Assembly (NCBI GenBank): GCA_963662375.2
Contig: CAXXRP010000008.1
Span: 7,738 to 71,737, forward strand
Reading direction: 5' to 3'
From: Rhodospirillaceae bacterium
Lineage (GTDB): Bacteria; Pseudomonadota; Alphaproteobacteria; Rhodospirillales; Rhodospirillaceae
Length of the DNA: 64,000 nucleotides
Position 1 is the stretch's first letter; each line of letters starts with the position of its first letter. A program made the position numbers and the translations under genes. Positions 45,053-54,967 of this stretch are shown piece by piece. The notes under the pieces were generated by a model. That model searched no databases and was not told the DNA's origin. It saw only the letters and a list, made by a program, of their open reading frames with translations.

Positions 45053-45860
45053 GGCATTGTCAGAGGAAAGCGTCTTGAGCCGGTGAAGCGCATCTCGTAG
45101 CGTCCTCGGATGAACAATCCCTTCCGATATTTCAAGACTTCGCCCGAGATCATTCGCCTTGCCGTGATGATGTATGTGCGATTTCCACTGTCGTTACGGT
45201 AGGTCGAGGACTTGCTCCATGAACGCTGCATAGACACTAGCTACGAAACGATTCGTTATTGGTGGAACCGGTTTGGCCCTACATTCGCGGCCGAAATCAA
45301 GAAGAAGCGTTCCGCGCAAATGCGGACCGGCACGCAATGGCGCTGGCATCTAGATGAGGTATTCGTACGAATCAATGGCGAAGTGCACTACCTCTGGCGG
45401 GCCGTGGATCACGAAGGCGAAGTGCTTGAGGCCTTCGTCACAAAGAGGCGCGATCGCACGGCGGCGCTGAGGTTTTTACGCAAAGCCATGAAGCGGTATG
45501 GACGACCAGAAGTCATCGTAACGGACAGGTTGCGTTCATACGGCGCGGCTATGCGAGAGATCGGCAACGAAGCCCGTCAGGAGACGGGAAGGTGGCTCAA
45601 CAATCGGGCCGAGAACTCGCATCAGCCGTTCCGACGACGAGAGCGAGCGATGGCGAGATTCAGAAGTTCGAAATCGCTTCAGAAATTCGCTTCGATCCAC
45701 GCTTCAGTCCATAACCACTTCAACCAGGACCGTCATCTCAACAGCCGCCAAGTTTTCAAGCTCCATCGTTCAGCCGCGTTAGCTGAGTGGCGACAACTTG
45801 CAGCCTAAGTGCCGCTGCGTCATAGTCTTTGCAAACCAGTGGTTTTCCTCTGACAATGCC
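45053..45860 (+). mobile_element. IS6-family element, copy 2 (808 bp), in inverted orientation relative to copy 1
   Basis: IRs GGCATTGTCAGAGGAAAGC at 45053 and, on the reverse complement at 45860, GGCATTGTCAGAGGAAAAC. An extra solo IR core, GGCACTGTCAGAGG, abuts it at 45039..45052. Confidence 0.85.
45110..45808 (+). pseudogene. IS6-family transposase with an in-frame TAG (Gln codon position)
   Basis: MNNPFRYFKTSPEIIRLAVMMYVRFPLSLR*VEDLLHERCIDTSYETIRYWWNRFGP.... The TAG at 45200..45202 aligns with the Q of SLRQVEDLL in copy 1. Confidence 0.85.
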
Positions 45861-46007
45861 CAAGAAAATTCACTCCGTTTGTAGGGATTATAAACCCCCA
45901 ATGCAGTTTGCATTTAACCCTAGAAAAAGGCCGGGTGAATCATTATAGGGTGCGTTCCCTTAGAAACCCGCCCGCTTATATGCCGGGCATCGACAATGAG
46001 GCGTGTC

Positions 46008-47408
46008 ATGGCGACGCATAAGGCAGCCAAGTGGAGCCGCGAAAGCTGGCGGACTAGGCCCATCGTGCAAGTGCCGGATTATCCGGACGCTAATGCGCTG
46101 GCGGCTGTGGAAAAGCAGCTGCGCGGCTTTCCGCCATTGGTGTTCGCGGGCGAGGCGCGCCGTCTCAAGGCCGAATTGGCTAAAGTGGCTGAGGGCCGTG
46201 CCTTTCTACTTCAGGGCGGCGACTGTGCGGAAAGCTTTGCTGAATTTCACCCTGACAACATCCGCGATACTTTTCGCGTGCTTTTGCAAATGGCGGTTGT
46301 CCTGACTTACGGCGCTTCGTTGCCTATCGTAAAAGTAGGGCGGCTGGCTGGCCAATTTGCCAAACCCCGTTCGACGAGCACGGAAACAATCGATGGCGTC
46401 GAGCTGCCGTCGTACCGCGGCGATATCATCAATGGCATGGATTTCACGACCGAGGCGCGCGTGCCCGATCCTGCGCGCATGGTGCAGGCCTTCAATCAAT
46501 CCGCCGCGACCCTAAATTTGCTGCGCGCCTTTGCTCAGGGCGGCTACGCCGATCTGCACAAGGTCCATCAATGGACACTCGGATTTTTATCCGATACGCC
46601 GACGGCGGAGAAATACAGTCAGTTCGCCGACCGTATTCAGGACACTCTCGAATTTATGGAAGCGTGCGGCATCACCGCGGAAACTGTGCCGCAGATGCGC
46701 GAAACGGAATTTTACACCTCGCACGAAGCGTTGTTGCTGCCTTACGAAGAAGCTCTCACCCGCAACGATTCAACCTCCGGTCAGTGGTACGGTTGCTCGG
46801 CGCATATGCTGTGGCTGGGCGAACGCACCCGCCAATTGGATGGTGCGCACCTTGAATTTTTGCGTGGCATACAAAATCCGATTGGCGTGAAAGTCGGACC
46901 TAAAACAACGCCCGACGACCTCATGGCTCTTTGCGATGCCTTAAACCCCGATAACGAAGCCGGGCGGCTAACGGTTATTACGCGCATGGGCGCCGAGCGC
47001 GTTGCAGAACATTTACCTAGCTTGGTTCGCGCTGCGGTACGCGAAGGCCGCAAGATTGTTTGGTCTTGTGATCCGATGCACGCCAATACAGTAAAAAGCG
47101 CCAGCGGGTTCAAAACGCGCCAGTTCGACCGTATTCTCGCGGAAGTAAAAGCATTCTTTGCGGTGCACCGCGCGGAAGGTACCCACGCTGGCGGTGTGCA
47201 TTTCGAGTTAACCGGGGCTGATGTCACTGAATGTGTCGGCGGCGCTCAGGCCATTACCGACGCGAATTTGGGTGACCGCTATCACACCCATTGCGATCCG
47301 CGCCTTAACGCCTCCCAGGCGTTGGAACTGGCGTTTCAGTTGGCAGAGGGATTAAAGGACGAGCGCCACCAGCGCCAGAAGAAGACGCACATCGCCGTCG
47401 CACAATAA
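46008..47408 (+). CDS. Class II (plant-type) 3-deoxy-7-phosphoheptulonate (DAHP) synthase
   Basis: [19 protein letters not shown]...[13 protein letters not shown]...[11 protein letters not shown]...[14 protein letters not shown]...CDPMHANT are class II DAHPS signatures. The start is ATG at 46008 or 45996. Confidence 0.9.
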   Translation: MATHKAAKWSRESWRTRPIVQVPDYPDANALAAVEKQLRGFPPLVFAGEARRLKAELAKVAEGRAFLLQGGDCAESFAEFHPDNIRDTFRVLLQMAVVLTYGASLPIVKVGRLAGQFAKPRSTSTETIDGVELPSYRGDIINGMDFTTEARVPDPARMVQAFNQSAATLNLLRAFAQGGYADLHKVHQWTLGFLSDTPTAEKYSQFADRIQDTLEFMEACGITAETVPQMRETEFYTSHEALLLPYEEALTRNDSTSGQWYGCSAHMLWLGERTRQLDGAHLEFLRGIQNPIGVKVGPKTTPDDLMALCDALNPDNEAGRLTVITRMGAERVAEHLPSLVRAAVREGRKIVWSCDPMHANTVKSASGFKTRQFDRILAEVKAFFAVHRAEGTHAGGVHFELTGADVTECVGGAQAITDANLGDRYHTHCDPRLNASQALELAFQLAEGLKDERHQRQKKTHIAVAQ

Positions 47409-47447
47409 GCGGTTGGTCGTTGCGCGTGTAAGGACTATGACGTCCAG

Positions 47448-49139
47448 ATGACCACGTCCCTAAAAATCGCTCTTGCACAAATCAATCCCAACGTTGGTGA
47501 CGTTTCTGGCAACGTTGCATTGGTCAAGACCGTGCGTGCTGAGGCTGCAAAGGCCGGCGCGGATTTGGTCGTATTTTCCGAATTGGTGGTCAGTGGATAT
47601 CCACCGGAAGATCTTATGTGCCGGACTGCAGTTTTGGACGCGGTTGAGCGGGGCGTGAATGATCTTGCTGCGATTACGGCTGACGGCGGCCCGGGGCTTC
47701 TCGTTGGCTCGCCGTGGCGCGGACAGGATGAGAAAAAAGATAATGGCAAGCCGCAAGTCTACAACGCGGGCTTGTTGCTGGACGGCGGCAAAGTATCGGG
47801 TGCACGGTTTAAGCACAATCTACCGAACTATGGCGTGTTCGACGAATATCGCGTCTTCATGCCAGGTCCGGTACCCGAGCCCGTAATGTTTCGCGGCGTG
47901 CGCATCGGCGCCATGATCTGTGAAGATATGTGGTTTGAGGATGTGGCCGAGGCCCTGGCGGAGTCCGGTGCTGAACTTCTTGTCGTTTTGAATGGCTCAC
48001 CCTTCGAGTTAGACAAGCTCGATGTACGCCTTAACCACGCGGTCGCGCGTGTCACCGAAACCAAACTTCCGCTGATTTATGTCAATCAAGTGGGCGGGCA
48101 GGACGATTTGGTCTTTGACGGCGGATCTTTTGTGCTGGGTGCTGATCGCGCGTTGACGCTGCAGTTGCCAAGCTGGCGTTCGGACCTATCAGTTAGTGAT
48201 TGGTATAACAAAGACGGGGTTTGGGCCTGCGCGGCGCAAGAACTGCATGAACCACTCGACCGCCTAGAGAACATTTACAGGGCGCTCATGCTGGGGTTGG
48301 GCGACTATGTGCGGAAGAATGGTTTTCCCGGTGTTGTCATCGGCCTATCCGGCGGTGTCGACAGCGCGCTGACGGCTGCCGTGGCCGTGGATGCTCTTGG
48401 GCCCGATAAAGTCCGCTGCGTCATGATGCCGTCACCCTATACGTCGCAGGAGAGCCTTGAGGATGCGGACGGAACCGCGAAGCTGTTAGGGGCGCGATTG
48501 GATACCGTGAATATCGGTCCGGCCATGAAGGCCTATGACTCAATGCTGGAGCCGCTGTTTACCGGGACCGAACCCGATACCACAGAGGAAAATATTCAGG
48601 CCCGGGCACGCGGCATCACCCTCATGGCACTGTCGAACAAGTTCGGCCACATGGTATTATCGACCGGTAACAAGAGTGAGATGAGCGTCGGGTATTCCAC
48701 ACTCTACGGCGACTTATGTGGCGGGTATTCGGTTCTTAAAGATGTCTATAAAACGACGGTATTCGACCTATCCCGCTGGCGTAATGCCCATAAACCTGAC
48801 GGTGCTCTAGGGCTTGATGGGCCGATCATGCCCGAGCGGATTATCACTAAACCGCCCACGGCAGAACTGAAGCCCAATCAGACGGACCAGGACACGTTGC
48901 CGCCCTATGACGTTCTCGATGGTATTTTGAAGGGACTTATTGAAGGGGAAATGGGCGTTGCCGCCGTTGCCGCTGGGGGCTTCGATGACACTGTGGTGCG
49001 CCGAATTTTCCGTATGCTCAAAATAGCCGAGTACAAGCGGCGTCAGGCTCCGCCGGGCGTCAAAATCACGCATATCGCTTTTGGCCGGGATTACCGTTAT
49101 CCCATCACCAACGGCTTTGACGATGCGACCGGGCCGTGA
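47448..49139 (+). CDS. nadE: Glutamine-dependent NAD+ synthetase (nitrilase-like N-domain plus synthetase domain)
   Basis: CN-hydrolase domain ([10 protein letters not shown]...ICEDMW). ATP pyrophosphatase motif [10 protein letters not shown]. Confidence 0.9.
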   Translation: MTTSLKIALAQINPNVGDVSGNVALVKTVRAEAAKAGADLVVFSELVVSGYPPEDLMCRTAVLDAVERGVNDLAAITADGGPGLLVGSPWRGQDEKKDNGKPQVYNAGLLLDGGKVSGARFKHNLPNYGVFDEYRVFMPGPVPEPVMFRGVRIGAMICEDMWFEDVAEALAESGAELLVVLNGSPFELDKLDVRLNHAVARVTETKLPLIYVNQVGGQDDLVFDGGSFVLGADRALTLQLPSWRSDLSVSDWYNKDGVWACAAQELHEPLDRLENIYRALMLGLGDYVRKNGFPGVVIGLSGGVDSALTAAVAVDALGPDKVRCVMMPSPYTSQESLEDADGTAKLLGARLDTVNIGPAMKAYDSMLEPLFTGTEPDTTEENIQARARGITLMALSNKFGHMVLSTGNKSEMSVGYSTLYGDLCGGYSVLKDVYKTTVFDLSRWRNAHKPDGALGLDGPIMPERIITKPPTAELKPNQTDQDTLPPYDVLDGILKGLIEGEMGVAAVAAGGFDDTVVRRIFRMLKIAEYKRRQAPPGVKITHIAFGRDYRYPITNGFDDATGP

Positions 49140-49170
49140 GCTAAAAAATAAGAGCGATCTAGGAAGCGCT

Positions 49171-50829
49171 ATGTCTGATGAAGAGCCTGTGCCGGTCGCG
49201 AATTTCATCCGCGATATTGTCAAAAGCGACGTGACAGAAGGGTGGACTCAAGGGGTTGTTACGCGCTTCCCGCCGGAACCCAACGGCTATCTTCATATCG
49301 GCCATGCTAAAGCGATCTGCCTCAATTTTGGTATAGCGACCGACTTCGGTGGCCGGTGCCATTTGCGTTTCGACGATACAAATCCAGCCAGAGAGGAACA
49401 GGAGTACATCGACGCCATTCAGCGCGACGTGCGCTGGCTCGGGTTTGATTGGGGCAAACACCTTCATTACGCCTCGGATTACTTCAAGCAGTTGTATAAT
49501 TGGGCTGAAGACCTGATTGCGAATAACCATGCCTACGTCGATGATCAGACGGCGGACGAAATTCGCGCAAACCGCGGTACACTGACCGCGCCCGGCACAA
49601 ACAGCCCCTACCGCGACCGCAGCCCCGACGAAAACTTCGACTTGTTTCGCCGCATGCGCACGGGGGAATTCCCCAACGGAGCGCGAGTGTTGCGCGCCAA
49701 AATCGACATGGCGTCGGGCAACATCAATCTGCGTGACCCGGTGCTTTACCGCATCATTCACACCTCGCATCCGCGGACAGGCACAACTTGGTGCATTTAC
49801 CCCAACTACGATTTTGCTCATGGCCAATCGGACGCTATTGAGGGCGTGACCCACTCGCTCTGCACTCTAGAATTTGAAGACCACCGCCCGCTGTACGACT
49901 GGCTGCTCGAGAATCTTCCGGTGCCTTCGCGGCCGCGCCAGTACGAATTCGCTCGGTTGAACATCGCCTATACTATCCTGTCCAAGCGCGTTCTGACTCA
50001 GCTTGTTCGTGATGGACATGTTAGTGGTTGGGATGATCCACGTATGCCGACACTGGCGGGGCTGCGCCGGCGTGGGGTGCCGCCCGAATCTCTACGTGAT
50101 TTTATCAATCGCATCGGTGTCGCGCGCGCGAGCAGCATGGTCGAAGTTGCCATGTTTGATGCATGCGTACGTGAGTATCTGAACAAGACCGCGCCGCGCT
50201 ATATGGTCGTGTTGCGGCCGCTCAAAGTCATCATCGAGAACTATCCAGAAGGTGAGGGAGAAGAGCTTAACGCGGTCAACAATCCGGAAGATTACTCTGC
50301 TGGTTCCCGTAAAGTACCATTTAGCCGCGAGCTCTACATCGAACAAGACGATTTCATGGAGGACCCGCCGAAGAAATTTTTTCGCTTGTCCCCCGGCAAG
50401 GAAGTCCGTTTGCGCTACGCCTATTTCATCACATGCCGTGAGGCGGTCAAGAATGCCGCTGGTGAGGTGGTTGAGTTGCGTTGCATCTACGACTCCGCGA
50501 CCCGCGGCGGCAATGCGCCCGATGGCCGCAAAGTCAAAGCCACCTTGCATTGGGTTTCTGCGCCTCATGCCAAGACGGCGGAGGTACGGCTCTACAATCC
50601 GCTCTTCACCCGACCCGACCCGGGCGCGAACGGCGATCCCATTGCGGCCCTCAATCCGGACTCATTGGAAGTTATTCCAGCCGTGCGGATCGAACCGGCG
50701 CTCGAGGCCGCGCCGGTTGGCGGAACTGTGCAGTTCGAAAGGCTTGGCTATTTTTGCCGTGACCCCGACGCTGGCCTTGTCTTCAATCGCACCGTTGGCT
50801 TGCGTGACACCTATGCGAAAACGCGATAA
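49171..50829 (+). CDS. glnS: Glutaminyl-tRNA synthetase
   Basis: The class I HIGH motif ([13 protein letters not shown]) and the KMSKS-equivalent region (ILSKR) are present, together with the GlnRS-specific C-terminal anticodon-binding domain. Start trimmed to the ATG at 49171, which is preceded by AGGAAG. Confidence 0.9.
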   Translation: MSDEEPVPVANFIRDIVKSDVTEGWTQGVVTRFPPEPNGYLHIGHAKAICLNFGIATDFGGRCHLRFDDTNPAREEQEYIDAIQRDVRWLGFDWGKHLHYASDYFKQLYNWAEDLIANNHAYVDDQTADEIRANRGTLTAPGTNSPYRDRSPDENFDLFRRMRTGEFPNGARVLRAKIDMASGNINLRDPVLYRIIHTSHPRTGTTWCIYPNYDFAHGQSDAIEGVTHSLCTLEFEDHRPLYDWLLENLPVPSRPRQYEFARLNIAYTILSKRVLTQLVRDGHVSGWDDPRMPTLAGLRRRGVPPESLRDFINRIGVARASSMVEVAMFDACVREYLNKTAPRYMVVLRPLKVIIENYPEGEGEELNAVNNPEDYSAGSRKVPFSRELYIEQDDFMEDPPKKFFRLSPGKEVRLRYAYFITCREAVKNAAGEVVELRCIYDSATRGGNAPDGRKVKATLHWVSAPHAKTAEVRLYNPLFTRPDPGANGDPIAALNPDSLEVIPAVRIEPALEAAPVGGTVQFERLGYFCRDPDAGLVFNRTVGLRDTYAKTR

Positions 50830-50878
50830 ATCAGAAGTCATCAAATCCAAATCCCGCGTAACGGGTCTCGCCGCTAAC

Positions 50879-51439
50879 ATGACAGCGCGCGCCATCACAT
50901 CAACTAACTGGCCGGCAGTCAAATCTGTTTAGAAAGAACGGTGCCTGTGGCACGTGCTGGTACATGTTCTGGCGTCTACCCAAGGGCGACTCGTTCTGGC
51001 AAGAGCAAAAGGGCACGCTCAACTGCAAGCATTCAAGACTCTCGTCACCGGCGGCTACGCACTGGGTGTTCTTGCGTTCGCGGGAGATGCGCCCGTGGGC
51101 TGATGCTCAGTGGCCCCGAAAGAAGACTTCGCCTATTTCAACCGTTCACGTGTGCTCAATGTTACCTCTTCGCTGGGAACATGGAGCGTAACCTGTTTCT
51201 ACGTGGCGGCAAAGTGGCGCGACAAGGGCGTGGCCGCGGCGTTGCTCCGCGAGGCTATGGCGTTCGCCAAGCGCGATAAAGCGGCAGCCGTTGAAGGGTA
51301 TCCGGTTGTGCCGTCTTCGCAACGAAAAATACCCGCCGCTTTCGCATGGACCGGCGTGCCAGGGTTATTCGCCAAGGCGGGGTTCAAGAAACTCAAGCGC
51401 TTGGCAGGCGTGCGGCCGATCTACCGCCTCGACTTTTAG
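50879..51439 (+). pseudogene. GNAT-family N-acetyltransferase with 2 frameshifts and 1 nonsense codon
   Basis: My hand translation reads MTARAITSTNWPAVKSV(TAG 50930) | frame +2: LFRKNGACGTCWYMFWRLPKGDSFWQEQKGTLN | back to frame 1: QAFKTLVTGGYALGVLAFAGDAPVG(TGA 51101)CSVAPKEDFAYFNRS...VAAKWRDKGVAAALLREAMAFAK.... The TGA sits where Trp is expected (VGWCSV). Confidence 0.75.
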
Positions 51440-51444
51440 GGGAC

Positions 51445-52458
51445 TTATCGACTTGTAAAGTACTGCCCCATCGTCACGATGACCTTGTCGATGTCAGAGG
51501 CCGTCACGTCCAAGTGTGTAACCAAGCGGGCAGAGGGCATTTTGCGCATATCCGCGAATATCCCGTGATCCGTAAGGTAGCACGACAAGTCTTGAGCGCG
51601 CCCTTCGGGGACGCGGACGAACACCATGTTCGTGGCCTGGGATATCACCTCTATTTCCGGTATCTGCGCTAGCCCGCGGGCTAAACTTTCCGCATTCGCA
51701 TGATCTTCCGCTAATCGCTCGATGTTGTGCTCCAAGGCGTAGAGGCATGCGGCCGCGAGAATGCCGGCCTGGCGCATGCCCCCGCCCAGAACTTTGCGCC
51801 AGCGGTGTGCGCGATCTATGGTTTCCAGATCTCCGACAAGAACCGATCCGACTGGTGCGCCAAGGCCTTTTGAGAAACAGATGGAAACCGTATCGAAGGG
51901 TCCGCATAGCTCCGGCAGCGGCATTTTTGAAGCGATCCCAGCATTTAAGATGCGTGCGCCATCTAAATGTATGCTCAACCCGTGGCGTCGCGCCAGGTTT
52001 GTCGCGTCCGTTACGTAGGTGGACGGCAGCACTTTGCCGCTTATGGTGTTCTCGAGGGCCAGCAGGCGCGTGCGGGCAAAGTGATCGTCCCGCGGTTTGA
52101 TTGCCGCAGCTACTTTCTCTAGCGGCAATGTTCCGTCCGGTGCGTTTTCAATGGGCTGAGGCTGCACGCTGCCCAGCACCGCCGCGCCGCCGCCCTCGAA
52201 TTTATAGGTGTGGGCGTTCTGGCCGACGATGTACTCGTCGCCGCGTTCGCAGTGGGACATGATTCCCGCCAGGTTGCTCTGAGTGCCGGAAGGAAAGAAG
52301 AGTCCCGCTTTCTTTCCCGCTTGCGCTGCAAGGGTTTCTTGCAACCGGTTCACCGTGGGATCGTCGCCCCAAACGTCGTCACCCACTTCGGCGTCCAGCA
52401 TGGCCTTGCGCATGCCGGGACTGGGGCGCGTGACGGTATCGCTGCGCAGGTCGATCAA
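51445..52458 (-). CDS. ltaE: Low-specificity L-threonine aldolase
   Basis: IDLRSDTVTRPSPGMRKAM...GDDVWGDDPTVNRLQE...FPSGTQSN...SICFSKGLGAPVGS (PLP Lys). Confidence 0.85.
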   Translation of the reverse strand: MIDLRSDTVTRPSPGMRKAMLDAEVGDDVWGDDPTVNRLQETLAAQAGKKAGLFFPSGTQSNLAGIMSHCERGDEYIVGQNAHTYKFEGGGAAVLGSVQPQPIENAPDGTLPLEKVAAAIKPRDDHFARTRLLALENTISGKVLPSTYVTDATNLARRHGLSIHLDGARILNAGIASKMPLPELCGPFDTVSICFSKGLGAPVGSVLVGDLETIDRAHRWRKVLGGGMRQAGILAAACLYALEHNIERLAEDHANAESLARGLAQIPEIEVISQATNMVFVRVPEGRAQDLSCYLTDHGIFADMRKMPSARLVTHLDVTASDIDKVIVTMGQYFTSR

Positions 52459-52470
52459 TTTTCTACTTCC

Positions 52471-53601
52471 TCAAATGCTTATCAAAAACAACTTCACGAT
52501 CACGTCGAGGGCTTCCTGTGTCTCGGGCACTTCAACGTTGTAAGTGAAAGCGTGCCACATGTCTTCCCAGGCGTAGAAGTATGACTCAACGCCGAGTTTG
52601 GCCATTTGCGTGTGAGTATACGCGACGCTGCTTAGGTCCAGGCTGCGGGCGCCGGTGTTCAGAAAAGTCAGTGGGAATTTCGATAAAAATTTCGGATGAA
52701 ACACCGGTGCGACCATGGGGCCGCGCGGGTCCACGTCACTGAAATAGGCCATCGGAAACGGCGGCGGGTTGGGTGCGGGCGGCGGCAGTGCGGCACTGAA
52801 AAATACGCCCATCGGCAAGGCCCAGAAACGAGAATCGCCGCCCGAGACGCTCTCGGCCGCGGCGCACAAAATGCCAACGGTGCCCGCCGTGGACAGACCC
52901 TCGTTCAGAATCCAGGCGGTAGATTGCGCGGTCATGACGCCGCCGCCGGAGCAGTCAAAAACGCCGACGTTTTCAGGTCGGTAGTCGTTCAAGAGATCAC
53001 GGTAAACCGCCGCAACGTCCTCACTGCCGGCGGGCAATTTATGCTCCGGGCCCTGGCGGTAATCGACGGCAACGATTTTGATTTTGCCGAGACTGGCGAT
53101 GGGTATGGGTTCAATGCGCCCGCCGTGGACAGCACCGAGCATAAAACTGCCGGCGTGAACCTCTATTAGTACACGGTCTTGATTCTTCTCGGAAATACCG
53201 TCCCGCGGCGTGATGATTTCGACATGAACGCTGCCGATGTGGGTGTCTTCAATATCGACGGGGTAAAGTTTTGCCGCCTTCTCCAGCCGCGGACCGTAGA
53301 AGAGTTTGTTGTGAGTTTCGCGGTGTTTCTCAATGCCCTGGTCGGTGATCACCGGTTCGGGATTGCGGATACCCTCAACATAAACCTCCCTGGCGTTCTC
53401 ACTCATATAATTGGAAAGCGGGACCGAGTAGGCTGGAATATGCACGGTGCCGTCCTGGTCGACGGTCACATTCTGCACAGTGTCGGCACGGTTTTGCGCG
53501 TTCTCTGCACGGTCACAGCCTGTTAATGCGACCGCCGCCGACATAATGAGCAGAAAGGAACCCCAAGATTTGAAACAGGGCTTCATCGTCTTTATGGTCA
53601 T
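52471..53601 (-). CDS. Alpha/beta-hydrolase (fold-3/HSL-like) lipoprotein with degenerate catalytic motifs
   Basis: Lipobox ALTGC. HAGSF replaces the usual HGGGF oxyanion motif and FDCSGGG replaces GDSAGG. The start is uncertain (53601, 53586 or 53610). Confidence 0.65.
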   Translation of the reverse strand: MTIKTMKPCFKSWGSFLLIMSAAVALTGCDRAENAQNRADTVQNVTVDQDGTVHIPAYSVPLSNYMSENAREVYVEGIRNPEPVITDQGIEKHRETHNKLFYGPRLEKAAKLYPVDIEDTHIGSVHVEIITPRDGISEKNQDRVLIEVHAGSFMLGAVHGGRIEPIPIASLGKIKIVAVDYRQGPEHKLPAGSEDVAAVYRDLLNDYRPENVGVFDCSGGGVMTAQSTAWILNEGLSTAGTVGILCAAAESVSGGDSRFWALPMGVFFSAALPPPAPNPPPFPMAYFSDVDPRGPMVAPVFHPKFLSKFPLTFLNTGARSLDLSSVAYTHTQMAKLGVESYFYAWEDMWHAFTYNVEVPETQEALDVIVKLFLISI

Positions 53602-53645
53602 CGCAACCACTCTCCCGAATTTCAGCCCGGTGAAAGGCCCAAACT

Positions 53646-54059
53646 ATGCCGATAGTATATGTTGCCATGAGTAACGTCATGCAGGAATGGGGCGCGGACG
53701 TGGGCGTGAGCAAGCGATTGTATAAAATCGGTTTGGTGGACGGCGATCCGCAAGAGGCCGTTCAAGATTTGTGCGCTGAAAATTACGCGGGCCATTCGGA
53801 CTGGCAGCTCGTAAGCAGCCGCGAGGTGGACGGGCTGGATGCGGAAACCGTTCTGCAACGCGCCAGTGAGCGGCAGAAAATGCTCGACCCGTTATATTAC
53901 CCACACATTAAGGGCGTCAAAGACATCGTCAGACTGGACCAGCGCAAAGTGGAGGCCAACATTGTGATTAAGAAAACGATGGAGGGCCGGGACAGTAAGG
54001 TGCCAAAACTCAAGCCCGCCGACTTTGCCGAGTTTCTCATCGAAAGTGTGCTCCAATAG
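53646..54059 (+). CDS. Hypothetical protein (weak GIY-YIG/T5orf172-like N-terminal pattern)
   Basis: 137-aa ORF with normal composition. IVYVAMSN...SKRLYKIGLVDGDPQEAVQDL is only loosely reminiscent of T5orf172-type domains, so no confident family assignment is made. Confidence 0.4.
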   Translation: MPIVYVAMSNVMQEWGADVGVSKRLYKIGLVDGDPQEAVQDLCAENYAGHSDWQLVSSREVDGLDAETVLQRASERQKMLDPLYYPHIKGVKDIVRLDQRKVEANIVIKKTMEGRDSKVPKLKPADFAEFLIESVLQ

Positions 54060-54108
54060 CTCGCGTTTGGAGGAGCGACGGGATCAACGCTATATGGGCG
54101 GTTGACCT

Positions 54109-54966
54109 ATGACCAAAGCTGAGCCGGGCCGTACACAATCTACATCTTACGCCGAGAAGGCGCGCCTGCCAGCGCGGGCAGGAAAGAATCCACCAGCAGT
54201 AATTTTGGTCGAGCCGCAACTGGCCGAGAACATGGGCACCGCCGCGCGGGCGATGATGAACACCGGCCTTGAAGATCTGCGGCTGGTCGATCCGAAACAG
54301 GCCTGGTTGAACGAAAAGGCGGTTGCCGCATCGTCCGGTGCGGAGCGAATTCTCAAGGCGGCGAAACGCTTCGATACCGTTCGGGCCGCTCTGGCCGATC
54401 TTGAAATCGTCTATGCTACGACCGCGCGCCAGCGCGACATGGTCAAGCTGCTGATGACAGGGCGAGCAGCGGCGGCCGACATGCGCGCCCATGCGGCGGC
54501 GGGCAGAAAGGTGGGTATTCTGTTCGGACGCGAGCGGGACGGCTTGTCCAACGACGAGGTGAGTCTCGCCAACATTATCGTTGAGGTGCCGCTTAATCCG
54601 GAGCATTCCTCGCTCAATTTGGCACAAGCGGTTTTGATCATCGGCTATGAGTGGTTTCAGGCAGGATACGGCGGCCCTGATGCGCTCGTTACGCTCAAAA
54701 GGACCTCGCCTGCCGAACAGCGGATGCTTCAGGGCCTGTTCAACCACCTCGAGCAAGAGCTGGTGATTTGCGGATTCTTGCGTGTCGACGAGAAGCGCCC
54801 GAGCATGATGGTCAACATCCGCAACATGCTGCAGCGGGCAGACCTAACGGAACAGGAAGTCCGCACCTTGCACGGCGTGATCACCGAGCTGCGCTACGGA
54901 CGGCGGGGCGACCGGCCGAAAAGGCAAACGGACTTCGCTGAAAAAATAAATATTCCGGAGAAGTAG
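54109..54966 (+). CDS. trmJ: SpoU/TrmH-family RNA 2'-O-methyltransferase (TrmJ-like)
   Basis: ILVEPQLAENMGTAARAMMNTGL...ILFGRERDGLSNDEV...VEVPLNPEHSSLNLAQAVLIIGYEW are the SPOUT class motifs. Confidence 0.8.
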   Translation: MTKAEPGRTQSTSYAEKARLPARAGKNPPAVILVEPQLAENMGTAARAMMNTGLEDLRLVDPKQAWLNEKAVAASSGAERILKAAKRFDTVRAALADLEIVYATTARQRDMVKLLMTGRAAAADMRAHAAAGRKVGILFGRERDGLSNDEVSLANIIVEVPLNPEHSSLNLAQAVLIIGYEWFQAGYGGPDALVTLKRTSPAEQRMLQGLFNHLEQELVICGFLRVDEKRPSMMVNIRNMLQRADLTEQEVRTLHGVITELRYGRRGDRPKRQTDFAEKINIPEK

Positions 54967-54967
54967 C

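Noticed and set aside
49171-50829. GlnRS as a lineage anomaly, since many alphaproteobacteria rely on the GatCAB transamidation route.
   Set aside because: The taxon is not established from this window, and glnS is sporadically present across Proteobacteria. The gene looks intact and ordinary, so no claim can be supported without the full genome.
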